Source of the DNA: an uncultured Eubacteriales bacterium
Lineage (GTDB): Bacteria > Bacillota > Clostridia > Christensenellales > CAG-138
Assembly (NCBI GenBank): GCA_902802805.1
Contig: CADCNE010000011.1
Location: 1 to 55,549 of the forward strand
DNA length: 55,549 bases
Direction of reading: 5' to 3'
The notes under the pieces are model-generated. The model was not told the origin of the DNA and made no database searches. It saw only the letters and a program-made list of their open reading frames with translations. Positions 1 to 9,550 of this stretch are shown here, piece after piece. The position numbers were made by a program, and so were the translations under genes. Position 1 is the stretch's first letter. Every line of letters starts with the position of its first letter.

Positions 1-218
1 GGGCCGTGAAGCTGGTGAAGAACACCATGCCCTACTTCGAACTCCAGGGGAAGAACCTGCTGCGGCTGTGCTTCGGCTGCACCGGCGGCCGCCACCGGTC
101 CGTCTACGCCGCGGAGACCGTGGCTCACCGCCTCCGGGAGGAGGGCATCCCCGTGCGGGTCTACCACCGGGACCTCACGGTGGAGGCGGCGGACATCGAA
201 AGCAGGATGATGCACTGA
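1..218 (+). CDS. rapZ: RNase adapter RapZ/YvcJ, C-terminal part (truncated by window start)
   Basis: FGCTGGRHRSV and HRD motifs of the RapZ C-terminus; lies upstream of whiA. Confidence 0.9.
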   Translation, partial: AVKLVKNTMPYFELQGKNLLRLCFGCTGGRHRSVYAAETVAHRLREEGIPVRVYHRDLTVEAADIESRMMH

Positions 219-1154
219 ATGAGCTTTGCTTCGGACATCAAGGATGAAGTGGTCCGCATCCGGGTGCGGGATGGGGCGGTGAAGCTGGCAGAGCTTTCCG
301 GCCTCACCTTTGCCTGCGGGAATTTGAAGCTGGGCCGGAAAAAGGGCATCAGCTACCGGACGGAGAACAGGGAGGTGGGCCGCCATATCGCCGCCCTGGG
401 CACGTCCCTCTATGATCTTGAGGTGGAGATGGAGGAGCGGGTGCGGGAGCATCGCAAGGCCCCCCTGTACGTGGTGAACATGAGCGGCGCGAGGGCCGCC
501 GAGATGCTTTCTGATACCGGCGTCATGGTCACGGACGACGAGGGCATCCACCTTTTATCCCGCCTGCCGGAAGGGCTGGTGAAGGACGACGAAGCCCGCC
601 GGGCCTTCGTGCGGGGGTGCTTCCTGGGCGCGGGCAGCTGCTCCGACCCCCAGGGCGGATACAGCGTGGAGATCCTCTGCCGGACGGAGCCCTTCGCCGC
701 GGAGCTCAGTACCCTGTTGATGGACTACGGCCTCACGGCCCGGTACGCCCTCCGGCGGAACCGGTACGTGGTGTACCTCAAGGAGGGGGACAGCGTCACG
801 GGCTTTTTGGCCCTGATCGGCTCCAACATCGCCGCATTGGATCTTGAAAACGTGCGGGCGGAGAAGGAGACACGGAACTACGTAAATAGGACCACCAACT
901 GCGAGTACGCGAACCTCGACAAGCTGGTGGCCGCCTCCGTGAAGCAGCAGCGGGCCGTCCAGACCATCCTGGAGCACGGCCATTTCCAGCGGCTCCCCAA
1001 AACGTTGAAGGAGGCGGCGGAGCTCAGGCTCAACTACCCCGACGCCAGTTTGCAGGAGCTCGCTGACATGGCGGACATCAAAAAATCGGGCATGAACCAC
1101 CGGCTCACCCGGCTGGTGGAGTACGCCCATGACCTGGAGAATGGTTTAGTATGA
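219..1154 (+). CDS. whiA: DNA-binding protein WhiA
   Basis: MSFASDIKDE start, RAFVRGCFLGAGS, NRxxNCExANLDK, C-terminal HTH with KSGMNHRL. Confidence 0.95.
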   Translation: MSFASDIKDEVVRIRVRDGAVKLAELSGLTFACGNLKLGRKKGISYRTENREVGRHIAALGTSLYDLEVEMEERVREHRKAPLYVVNMSGARAAEMLSDTGVMVTDDEGIHLLSRLPEGLVKDDEARRAFVRGCFLGAGSCSDPQGGYSVEILCRTEPFAAELSTLLMDYGLTARYALRRNRYVVYLKEGDSVTGFLALIGSNIAALDLENVRAEKETRNYVNRTTNCEYANLDKLVAASVKQQRAVQTILEHGHFQRLPKTLKEAAELRLNYPDASLQELADMADIKKSGMNHRLTRLVEYAHDLENGLV

Positions 1155-1888
1155 ACGAGGCGTACAGCGCCTTTGCCGCGGGCTACGACCGCATGATGGG
1201 GGACGTGGACTATGACGGCTGGGCCAACTATATCGACAGCTTTTTGAAGGAGGCGGGGGCCAGGACCGTTCTTGAATGCGCCTGCGGCACGGGCAGCCTC
1301 ACCGTCCGTCTCGCCCGCAGAGGCTACGCCATGACCGGCTCGGACCTCTCGGAGGACATGCTCATGATCGCCCGGCAGAAGGCCCTGGACGCGGGGCTGC
1401 GGTTTTTGCCCTTCGTCTGCCAGGACATGCGGAAGATCGCCCTCCACAAGCCCGTGGACGCGGTCATATCGGCCTGCGACGGAGTGAACTACCTGCTGGA
1501 CGGCGCAGAAAATTTCTTCCGGGCGGCCCATGACGCCCTCAAGCCCGGCGGCCTGCTGCTCTTCGACGTTTCCTCCGCCTACAAGCTGTCCGCCGTATTG
1601 GCGAACAACACCTTCGCCGCCACCGGGGAGGACTGGGCCTACATCTGGGAGAACACCTACCATCCCCGCTTGGATCGGGTGGACATGGCCCTGACGGGCT
1701 TTTTGAAGCAGGGCACAGGCTACGCCCGCTTCGAGGAGCGCCACAGCCAGCGGGCCTACACGGAGGAAGAATTGCGGACAGCCCTCGAAAGCTGTGGCTT
1801 CGGGGACGTCCAGGCCTATGAAGCCTTCACCCGGGAGGCGCCCAGCGCCACAGCGGAGCGGCTTCAATTCGTTGCACGAAAGGAATGA
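1151..1888 (+). CDS. Class I SAM-dependent methyltransferase
   Basis: VLECACGTG motif I, GSDLSEDML, DGVNYL. Confidence 0.88.
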   Translation: MNEAYSAFAAGYDRMMGDVDYDGWANYIDSFLKEAGARTVLECACGTGSLTVRLARRGYAMTGSDLSEDMLMIARQKALDAGLRFLPFVCQDMRKIALHKPVDAVISACDGVNYLLDGAENFFRAAHDALKPGGLLLFDVSSAYKLSAVLANNTFAATGEDWAYIWENTYHPRLDRVDMALTGFLKQGTGYARFEERHSQRAYTEEELRTALESCGFGDVQAYEAFTREAPSATAERLQFVARKE

Positions 1889-2781
1889 ACATGAACGATC
1901 AGATCCTGCAGGGACTTTTAAAGAATAATACCATCCGCTTCGCCGCCGTCACCGGCCATGATCTGGTGGCGGAGGCCCAGCGCATCCACACGTTGAGCCG
2001 CACAGCCACTGCTGCATTGGGCCGGGAGCTCCTGATGGTGGCCATGATGGCAGGCCAGCTCAAGAACGACACCGACTCCGTGTCCGCCATCCTTTCCGGC
2101 GGCGGTCCCGGGGGGAACCTCATCTCGGTGGGCCGCAAGGGGCCCTTCGTGAAGGGCTGCGCCGGGGACCCCACCTATGAATTGCCGCCGAAGCCCAACG
2201 GCAAGCTGGACGTGGGCGGCTACGTGGGCAAGAGCGGCAAGCTCACCGTGGTCCGGGACCTCAGTCTGAAGGAGCCCTACGTGGGCATGTGCCATCTCAT
2301 TTCCGGCGAGGTGGCGGAGGATTTCGCGGAGTATTTCACCGCCTCCGAGCAGCAGCCGAGCCTGGTGTATTTGGGTGTTCGTCTGGAGCCCCTTTCCGGC
2401 CAGGTCCTGGGCGCGGGAGGCCTGCTGGTCCAGCCCCTGCCCGACTGCCCCGAGGAGAACGTGGACTACGTCATGACCAAGGCTCAGGCCATCCCCCATT
2501 TGACGGAGCGTCTTTCCGAGGGCGAGAGCTTGCGGGACATCGTCCTCTCCCTGTTCCCCGAGGGGGACGTATCGTTCACAGACGAGCTCCATCCCGCCTA
2601 CCAGTGCGACTGCAGCCGGGAGCGCATGGAGCGGGCCCTGCTGAGCCTGGGCCGGGAGGAGCTACAAAAGATCATCGAGGAGGACGGCCAGGCGGAGCTT
2701 AGCTGCCACTTCTGTAACAGCAAATATTCATTCGCCAAGGCGGAGCTGGAAAGCCTTCTGCGGGAAGGAGCCCGGGCGTGA
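1885..2781 (+). CDS. hslO: Hsp33 redox-regulated chaperone
   Basis: SEQQPS, AGGLLVQPLP, zinc motif CDCSRE...CHFC. Confidence 0.95.
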   Translation: MNMNDQILQGLLKNNTIRFAAVTGHDLVAEAQRIHTLSRTATAALGRELLMVAMMAGQLKNDTDSVSAILSGGGPGGNLISVGRKGPFVKGCAGDPTYELPPKPNGKLDVGGYVGKSGKLTVVRDLSLKEPYVGMCHLISGEVAEDFAEYFTASEQQPSLVYLGVRLEPLSGQVLGAGGLLVQPLPDCPEENVDYVMTKAQAIPHLTERLSEGESLRDIVLSLFPEGDVSFTDELHPAYQCDCSRERMERALLSLGREELQKIIEEDGQAELSCHFCNSKYSFAKAELESLLREGARA

Positions 2782-4490
2782 AGCAGGATCGGGACAACAT
2801 CCTCTCCTTCGACCAGGGGGCGGGCTTCTATCTCAAGACCGGCCGCCGCCAGGCGGAGGCGGGGAACCTGGTCAGGGCCCTCGCTCACCTGAGAACGGCC
2901 CACGAGAAGGACCCCGGCAACGCGGAGATCACCATCGCCCTCGCGGAGGTCCTGAACCGCATGCAGCGGTTTGAGGAGAGCATCACCGTCCTTATGGGTC
3001 TCGGGCGTCTCGAGACCCTGCCGCCGGACGGGCTGTTTGGCCTCGCCAGCAACTTCATCGCTCTCGAGGAGTTCGGCCCCGCCCGCATGTGCCTCGAATA
3101 CTACCTCCACCGGGACCCGGAGGGGGCCTACGCCGCCGACGCCGCAGACTATCTGGACCTCATGGACGATACGCCGGAGATGAACTGGCAGCGGGGTCTC
3201 GACGAGGGAGAGGACGTGGACCTGATCGCCCATATCCACTATTCGAAGACCCTCCACGTGTCCTACCGGGACAAGGAGGCCCTGCGGCACCTCTTAGACC
3301 TGGAGGAGCGCTATCCCAAGTCCCTGTGGCTCCAGATGGAGATCGCCCTGTCGGAATACTGCGTGGAAGAGTACGAAGCCTGCGAGCAGCGGCTCTTCAA
3401 CATCCTCAAGGAGGATAAGGACTACGTCCGCGCCCGGTGCCTGCTGGCCCTGCTTCGGCGGGGCGAGGGCAAGAAGCGGGAGGCCCGGGAGATGCTTCGC
3501 TCCATCCCCATCCCCGTGGACGGCACCACCGAGGAGCTGGGGAATCTGAACGTGATGCTCCTCGATGTGGAGGACTATGCCCGGGCGGAGGAGTGCGGCG
3601 AGTGCCTCAGCAGGATCATCCCCTACGACCCCCTGACCCTCCACGAGCTGGGGTATACCAAGTATATGCTGGGCAAAAATCAGGAGGCGGCGGACCTCTA
3701 CCGCCGGATCGTGGAGATGGACCCCCACGACACCGTGGCCAGCTGGTATCTCGCCGCGGCCCAGGCGGAGCCGGACCCCAAGAAGGGCGGCAAGGGCTGG
3801 ACCGTCCAGTACGACGTGCCCTACCGAGTGGCCGTGGAGCGGCTGCGGCTTATCGGCGACGTCTTCGCCAAAGGCCCAGAATTTCTGAAGAAGCGCTGGA
3901 CGGAGGACGGGGAGTACCGGGACCTGGTGGCCTGGGCCCTGTTTTCGCCCCTGGCGCCCGATAAGCACGGCATCCTCACCATCCTCGCCGTGGTGGCCGA
4001 TGCTGAGGCGGAGCGGCTGCTGCGGGAGTTTCTGCTCCGGTCCGATCAGTCCGATGAAAACAAGCAGATCGCTTTCGGCGCTCTCCACACCTACGACGGG
4101 GCGGAGCCCAACGCCATGTTCTACAACGGTCTCTGGCAGTTCGGGGAGGTCATCCACGCCACCCTGCCGGCGGACCTGCCCAAGGCCTACATGAAGGTGT
4201 TCCAGCGGCTCTCCCGGTGCGCGGAGGCCATCTCCTGCCCGGAGCGGACGGCGGAGCTCAGTCAGCGGGCCTTCTACTTCTTCGTCCTCGCCCAGCAGGG
4301 CAATTATCGGCGCATCTCGCCCACCCAGGAGGACGCCTTCGTGGCCGCCTTTGTGTGCATGGCGATCCACTTCCAGGAGCAGGACATCCGGGAGGAGGAC
4401 CTGTGCGAGGCTTACGACATCACCGCCCGGCGGCTGAACAACGCCCTCAAGATCATCTTTGCCACACTGGAGGAGGGGAACCGGAAATGA
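2778..4490 (+). CDS. Tetratricopeptide-repeat protein
   Basis: 570-aa ORF with repeated helical TPR-like units; overlaps neighbours on both sides. Confidence 0.75.
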   Translation: MKQDRDNILSFDQGAGFYLKTGRRQAEAGNLVRALAHLRTAHEKDPGNAEITIALAEVLNRMQRFEESITVLMGLGRLETLPPDGLFGLASNFIALEEFGPARMCLEYYLHRDPEGAYAADAADYLDLMDDTPEMNWQRGLDEGEDVDLIAHIHYSKTLHVSYRDKEALRHLLDLEERYPKSLWLQMEIALSEYCVEEYEACEQRLFNILKEDKDYVRARCLLALLRRGEGKKREAREMLRSIPIPVDGTTEELGNLNVMLLDVEDYARAEECGECLSRIIPYDPLTLHELGYTKYMLGKNQEAADLYRRIVEMDPHDTVASWYLAAAQAEPDPKKGGKGWTVQYDVPYRVAVERLRLIGDVFAKGPEFLKKRWTEDGEYRDLVAWALFSPLAPDKHGILTILAVVADAEAERLLREFLLRSDQSDENKQIAFGALHTYDGAEPNAMFYNGLWQFGEVIHATLPADLPKAYMKVFQRLSRCAEAISCPERTAELSQRAFYFFVLAQQGNYRRISPTQEDAFVAAFVCMAIHFQEQDIREEDLCEAYDITARRLNNALKIIFATLEEGNRK

Positions 4491-5608
4491 GATTCATCGC
4501 CACCACCAAGCTGGGGCTGGAGAGCGTCACCGCTTTCCAGCTCAAGAAGATGGACCTGAACGACGTCCAGAACGCCGACGCAAATGTAAGTTTTTCCGGT
4601 TCTTTCGAGGACATGGCCCGAGCGCTCCTGTACCTCAGGACCGCTGAGCGGCTGCTCCTCGAGGTGGGCAGCTTCGAGGCCGCCACCTTTGAAGCCCTCT
4701 TTGAAGGCGTCAAGGCCATCGACTGGAAGCCCTATCTCACTCCCCACAGCCGCATCCACGTGAACGGCAAGAGCGCCAAGAGCACCCTGTTCTCCGTGTC
4801 CGACTGCCAGAGCATCGCGAAGAAGGCCATCGTGGAGAGCCTGAAGGCCGCCTACCATACGGACCGCATCATAGAGGACGGGGCGGAGGTCATCGTGGAG
4901 GTGGGCCTCCTCCGGGACAAGGTCACCGTGGCCCTGGACTGCTGCGGGGCGGGCCTCTCCCGCCGCGGGTATCGGACCTACAATGTGGCCGCGCCTTTGA
5001 GCGAGACTTTAGGCGCGGGGCTCGTCCTCCTGAGCCGCTACTGGCCGGACATGCCCTTCATCGACCCCATGTGCGGCAGCGGCACCATGCCCATCGAGGC
5101 GGCCATGATCGGCAATAACAAGGCCCCCTCCCTGAACCGGCGCTTCGCCGCGGAGGACTGGCCCTTCCTGGACGGCTCCCTCTTTTATTACGCCCGGCAG
5201 CGGGCCAGGGACGAGGAGCGGCATGACGAGCTGCCCGTCTTCGGCTACGACATCGACGAGCGGTCCGTGGCCGTCGCCCGTCGTCACGCCGAGAAGGCGG
5301 GGGTGAAGGTCCATTGGGAGGTCCGCCCGGTCCAAAAGCTCACCACCCCCTATGAAAAGGGGCTCCTTCTTTGCAACCCGCCCTACGGGGAACGGATGCT
5401 CACCGGCAAGGAGGCGGCGGACCTCTACCGGGACATGCGCCGGGTCTTTGACGGCCTTCCCGGCTGGAACGTGGGCATCATCTCCGCCATGGACAGCTTT
5501 GAAAAGGTCTATGGGAAACGCGCCGACAAGCGCCGCAAGCTCAGCAACGGCGGCATGCCCTGCACCTTCTATCAATACTTCCCCCAGCGATTCCGAAAAG
5601 ACGAATGA
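4487..5608 (+). CDS. THUMP-domain RNA methyltransferase (RlmL/YpsC-like)
   Basis: ATGA overlap with upstream stop; LSRRGYR, APLSETL, DPMCGSGT and NPPYG motifs. Confidence 0.9.
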   Translation: MRFIATTKLGLESVTAFQLKKMDLNDVQNADANVSFSGSFEDMARALLYLRTAERLLLEVGSFEAATFEALFEGVKAIDWKPYLTPHSRIHVNGKSAKSTLFSVSDCQSIAKKAIVESLKAAYHTDRIIEDGAEVIVEVGLLRDKVTVALDCCGAGLSRRGYRTYNVAAPLSETLGAGLVLLSRYWPDMPFIDPMCGSGTMPIEAAMIGNNKAPSLNRRFAAEDWPFLDGSLFYYARQRARDEERHDELPVFGYDIDERSVAVARRHAEKAGVKVHWEVRPVQKLTTPYEKGLLLCNPPYGERMLTGKEAADLYRDMRRVFDGLPGWNVGIISAMDSFEKVYGKRADKRRKLSNGGMPCTFYQYFPQRFRKDE

Positions 5609-5615
5609 TCCCATC

Positions 5616-5639
5616 AAAAGCGCCCCGCGGCGCTTTTTT
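5616..5639 (+). terminator. Intrinsic terminator
   Basis: aaaagcgcc-ccgc-ggcgctttttt hairpin with T tract. Confidence 0.75.
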
Positions 5640-5769
5640 CTTGCGTAAAAAGCGGATAAGTAATAATTCGTGTCAGGTTTTTGACAGCATGGCCCGGCGA
5701 AAGGCGATACAATATCCATGTTGAAGATTTGTACCATCAGAGAATGTGGACCTTGTGAAGGAGGACAGT

Positions 5770-7277
5770 ATGAACGAGTTCGTATTTGAAGACAAGCGGC
5801 CCATCGTGGAGACCAAACAGGGGAAGCTCCGGGGCGTGACCTACGGCGACGTGAACATCTTCATGGGCATCGACTACGCCCGGGCAAAGCGCTTCCATAT
5901 GCCGGAGGAGATCGAGCCCTGGACCGGCGTCAAGAATGCCTACCAGCACGGCCCCGTAGCCATGCAGGTGCTGGAGACCAACCCCTTCTTCTACTATCGG
6001 GGCCTCCATATGCTGGAAAAGGAGAGCGAGAACTGCCAGAACCTGAACATCTGGGCCCCCAAGTGCGCCCCGGGGGAGAAGAAGCCCGTGTTCGTCTGGA
6101 TACACGGCGGCGGCTTCTTCGGCGGCAACGCCTTCGAGGAGATCTCCTTCGACGGCTTCCGCGTGGCTCACTACGGGGACGTGATCTTCGTGTCCATCAA
6201 CCACCGGCTGAACGTCATCGCCCACCTCAATTTAGAGGACTACGGCGAGGAGTTCTGGAACTCCGGCAACGTGGGCATCGCGGACCTGGTGGTGGCTATG
6301 AACTGGATACATGACAACATCGCGGCCTTCGGCGGCGACCCGGAGAACGTGACCATCTGCGGCCACTCCGGCGGCGGCGGGAAGGTCCAGTGCCTCTATC
6401 AGCTCAAGGACGCTGCCCACACCTTCCAGCGGGGCATCGTCCTGAGCGGCGCTCGGGCCGGCACCGGCTCCCCCTGCGACACCCGGGAGAACAGCCGCAA
6501 GACCGCCCGGGAGATCTTGGACGTGCTGGGCATCACCAAGGAGAACATCGAGAAGATCTACGAGGTGCCCTATCGGCAGCTCGCCGACGCCGCCCTCAAG
6601 GCCTCCAACCCCTTCGCCTTCTCGCCCATCGAGAACGACTATTTCCCCGGCTTCCCGGCGCTGACCAGGCTCATGCCCTTCTCCGCCCACAAGCCCATCA
6701 TCTACAGCTCCGTCCTCGCCGAGATGCCCACCTGCAAGCTCACCGCCGAGGAGAAGGAAGTTATGACCGAGGCGGACAAGATCAACTACCTCCGGGGCTT
6801 CTTCCCCGAGAAGGCGGACGAGCTCATGGAGCTGTTCCGCGCCGCCTACCCGGACCACGACATTCTGGACCTTGCCTACATGAACTCCGGCTACCGCATC
6901 GCGGCGGAGCGATCCGCCCGGGTGCATCTTGAAGCGGGCTGTGAGGACGTGTGGCTCCTGCATCCGGCCTACACCGTGCCGGAGGACGGGAGGTGGGCTA
7001 CATCTTTATGAACGAGGATAAGGTCCTGGTGCTCAACGACGCGGAGAACGGACAGAAGTACGCCAATGCCCTCAGCACCCTGGTCCTGAACTACACCAAG
7101 ACCGGCGACCCCAACAACCAGTACCTGCCGGAATGGAAGAAGGCCACCCTGCAGGATAACTACACCATGATCATCGACAAAGAGTGCCGCTGCGTCGCTC
7201 ACCACGACGACGCCCTGGTGGACCTCCACTACCAGTACGCGCCCAAGTTCGTCCCGCCGTTTATGAAGAAGAAGTAA
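5770..7277 (+). pseudogene. Type-B carboxylesterase (pNB-esterase-like), frameshifted near 6989
   Basis: ENCQNLNIW, WIHGGGF and nucleophile GHSGGG; C-terminus (EVGYIF...TGDPN...PEW) continues in another frame. Confidence 0.85.
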
Positions 7278-7295
7278 GCATAGCGACCAGCAGAC

Positions 7296-7329
7296 AAAGC
7301 CTCTTTTGCTGCGGCAGGAGAGGCTTTTT
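7296..7329 (+). terminator. Intrinsic terminator
   Basis: aaagcctcttttgc-tgcg-gcaggagaggcttttt hairpin. Confidence 0.75.
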
Positions 7330-7408
7330 GCGTGGATTCGCTGTTTGTGGGGAGGACAAAGAGGCCGTCCTGTGGTATGCTGTAGCCACCAAACAGGAGG
7401 GATGACGT

Positions 7409-8710
7409 ATGGACATGACGCGCATCGGCGCTTTTCTGGCGGAGCTGCGGAAGGAACGGGGCCTCACCCAGGAGGAGTTGGGGGAGGCGCTGGGCGTTTC
7501 CAACAAGACCGTTTCCCGCTGGGAGACCGGGACGTATCTGCCCCCGGTGGAGATGCTCCAGCAGCTCAGCGACCGCTACGGCGTGTCCATCAACGAGCTG
7601 TTGAGCGGGGAGCGGCTCACGGCGGAAAGCTACCGGGAGAAGGCGGAGGAGAACATCAAGTCGGCCCTTTCGGAGAGCCCCTTCACCGTGGAGGAACGGC
7701 TGGATTTCTTCAAAAAGAAGTGGCGGAAGGACAACGTGCTCACCATGGTCTGCTGTGCTGTCTGCTGGCTGGTGATACTCCTGGCCCTGGAGTATAAGGG
7801 CGTGAACATCTTTCTCATCGCGTTTACGGCTGGCCTCCTGCTGGTGGCCTTCTATGTGGTGCTGTATAACCGCATGATGGCCTATGCGGAGAGCCGGGTG
7901 TTTGACAAGGTCATCCGAAAGATGGACCCCGAATGGGAAGCGGGCATGGCGGAACAGCGGCAGGATCGCTGGCGGCCCCGGGGCGGGTTTTGGATGGCGG
8001 TGCTGATCTGCCTGGGGTTCGTGAGCGCCGAGTATATGGCGCAGGGGTTCGCCCAGGAGCCCGCGATCCGTCTGCTGCTGGACATCCTGCTGCGCCTTGG
8101 TTTTGGCTTGGTGACGCTGTGGATCCTGGTGAAGTATTTCGACAAGGGCAACTATAAAGAGATCCTTCACACGCGAAACGTGGGCTCTGCTTTATTGGCG
8201 GGCGGCGGCGTGATCATTTTTCTGTTGGTGGAGATCGTGGTGCTGTTCACCGGGACCCCCACAGACTATTGGAGCGCATGGCGGAGAGAAGTCCCCTGGA
8301 ACCTGATCATTGAACAGCTTATGGGGCAGCAGTTCACAGACGCCTTTTTCACGGAGCTGCTATTTGCGCTCCTGCTGGAGGGGTATTATCGGCAGGGGGA
8401 GCGGAGCGGAAAGCGGCGGCTGCTCTACGGCTTGCTTTGCGGCGGGGTCTATGGTGCAACGACACTGTTGGGATTGAATCAGTCCTCTCTTCTGTTCATG
8501 GGCGTGTTCGGTCTCGCCATGGCGGCGGTGTATCTCCATTCCCACAACATTCTTGTACCCATCCTGCTCCACTTTTTACAGAGCGTTATGGGGCATCTCG
8601 CTCCCTATGAAATGGAACAGCTCATTTCCAAAATGCCGCTTCAGGCGGTGTTCCTTGTGGTTTTAGCGGGGTGGGCGGTGGCGTTTCTGCTGCTGCCGGA
8701 AAGGGAATAA
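7409..8710 (+). CDS. XRE-family HTH protein fused to a multi-pass membrane region with degenerate CPBP/Abi-like C-terminus
   Basis: LRKERGLTQEELGEALGVSNKTVSRWETG HTH; many hydrophobic segments; VYLHSHNILVPILLHF resembles CPBP motif 4; RBS caggagg. Confidence 0.75.
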   Translation: MDMTRIGAFLAELRKERGLTQEELGEALGVSNKTVSRWETGTYLPPVEMLQQLSDRYGVSINELLSGERLTAESYREKAEENIKSALSESPFTVEERLDFFKKKWRKDNVLTMVCCAVCWLVILLALEYKGVNIFLIAFTAGLLLVAFYVVLYNRMMAYAESRVFDKVIRKMDPEWEAGMAEQRQDRWRPRGGFWMAVLICLGFVSAEYMAQGFAQEPAIRLLLDILLRLGFGLVTLWILVKYFDKGNYKEILHTRNVGSALLAGGGVIIFLLVEIVVLFTGTPTDYWSAWRREVPWNLIIEQLMGQQFTDAFFTELLFALLLEGYYRQGERSGKRRLLYGLLCGGVYGATTLLGLNQSSLLFMGVFGLAMAAVYLHSHNILVPILLHFLQSVMGHLAPYEMEQLISKMPLQAVFLVVLAGWAVAFLLLPERE

Positions 8711-8711
8711 G

Positions 8712-8818
8712 CCTTCCCCCAAAGCAACGCTTAACGTTGCAGGGAAGAGGGGACCGCATGCGCGTTATTCATGCCTTCCCCTTCGGGGGAAGGGGGACCG
8801 CTTGCGGTGGATGAGGGG
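8712..8818. repeat. Two REP-like palindromic units (ccttcccc...gggaag...ggggaccgc)
   Basis: Units start at 8712 and 8774 with a shared ccttcccc/gggaag stem and ggggaccgc tail. Confidence 0.55.
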
Positions 8819-8833
8819 TATTTGTTTGAGCGG

Positions 8834-9063
8834 TGGCGCAATCCCTCTCATTGCGCCAGAGCAAAATGGGCGCCCCGCAAGGGGGTGCCCATTTTGAGAG
8901 AGAGGGATTCGCTCTCGCCTGCGGGCTCGGTCAGGGCGCGCTCTGAATGTCCACTGGACATTCATTCACCACGCGCCCGTTCGAACCCCTCCCTCTGCGC
9001 CGTAATAAAATGAGCACCCGGATTGGGTGCTCATTTTATTGGCGCAGAGAGAGGGATTCGAAC
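8834..9063. repeat. Nested palindromes built from copies of the tRNA-Ser 3' end
   Basis: tRNA-end-like segments at 8840-8858, 8896-8911 and 8979-9002; long hairpins at 8862-8896 and 9004-9040. Confidence 0.75.
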
Positions 9064-9130
9064 CCTCGATACTATTCCTAGTATACACGATTTCCAGTCG
9101 TGCGCCTTAGACCAGCTCAGCCATCTCTGC
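9040..9130 (-). tRNA. tRNA-Ser(GGA)
   Basis: Acceptor GCAGAGA/TCTCTGC-G-CCA, anticodon arm CACGA-CTGGAAA-TCGTG, long variable arm, GTTCGAAT T-loop. Confidence 0.95.
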
Positions 9131-9191
9131 ACAGGGTCCGATGGGTATATTACACTATTTCATTTTAGAATGCAAGAGTTTTTTGACCGTT

Positions 9192-9491
9192 TCATCCTTC
9201 TTTTTTCTTCGCCAGCTCCATGAGCTCCGGGTAGCGGGAGATGATATAGCTGTAGCTCTTGCGGTTGTGGGGCACCATGCAGCCCGAGCAGTCCTTCACG
9301 CCGTTCTCCGTGTAGCGGAAGTTCCCCTTGCACTTATCGCCCAGGGCGTAGAGAGGGCAGTAGCAGAACAGGCAGTTAAAGTCCTCCGGCCGGTCCGTCT
9401 TGTGGCAGGGGAAGAACTCGCACTCCTTGTGCTGGAAGAAGGAGTAGTGGCACTCCTCGGGCTTCTTGTAAAAGGCTTCGCTGTGGGCCAT
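9192..9491 (-). CDS. Cysteine-rich small (zf-like) metal-binding protein
   Basis: CEFFPCH, FNCLFCYCPLY, KDCSGCMVPH; RBS aaggagga before ATG at 9491. Confidence 0.88.
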   Translation of the reverse strand: MAHSEAFYKKPEECHYSFFQHKECEFFPCHKTDRPEDFNCLFCYCPLYALGDKCKGNFRYTENGVKDCSGCMVPHNRKSYSYIISRYPELMELAKKKEG

Positions 9492-9550
9492 AGGTTCGTC
9501 CTCCTTATATGCTGATATCATCTTATCCGTTTCGGCAGATGCCGTCAAGG

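Noticed and set aside
8712-9063. CRISPR array or second tRNA gene
   Set aside because: Repeats are inverted and irregular with no spacers or cas genes; the tRNA-like copies lack D and anticodon arms.
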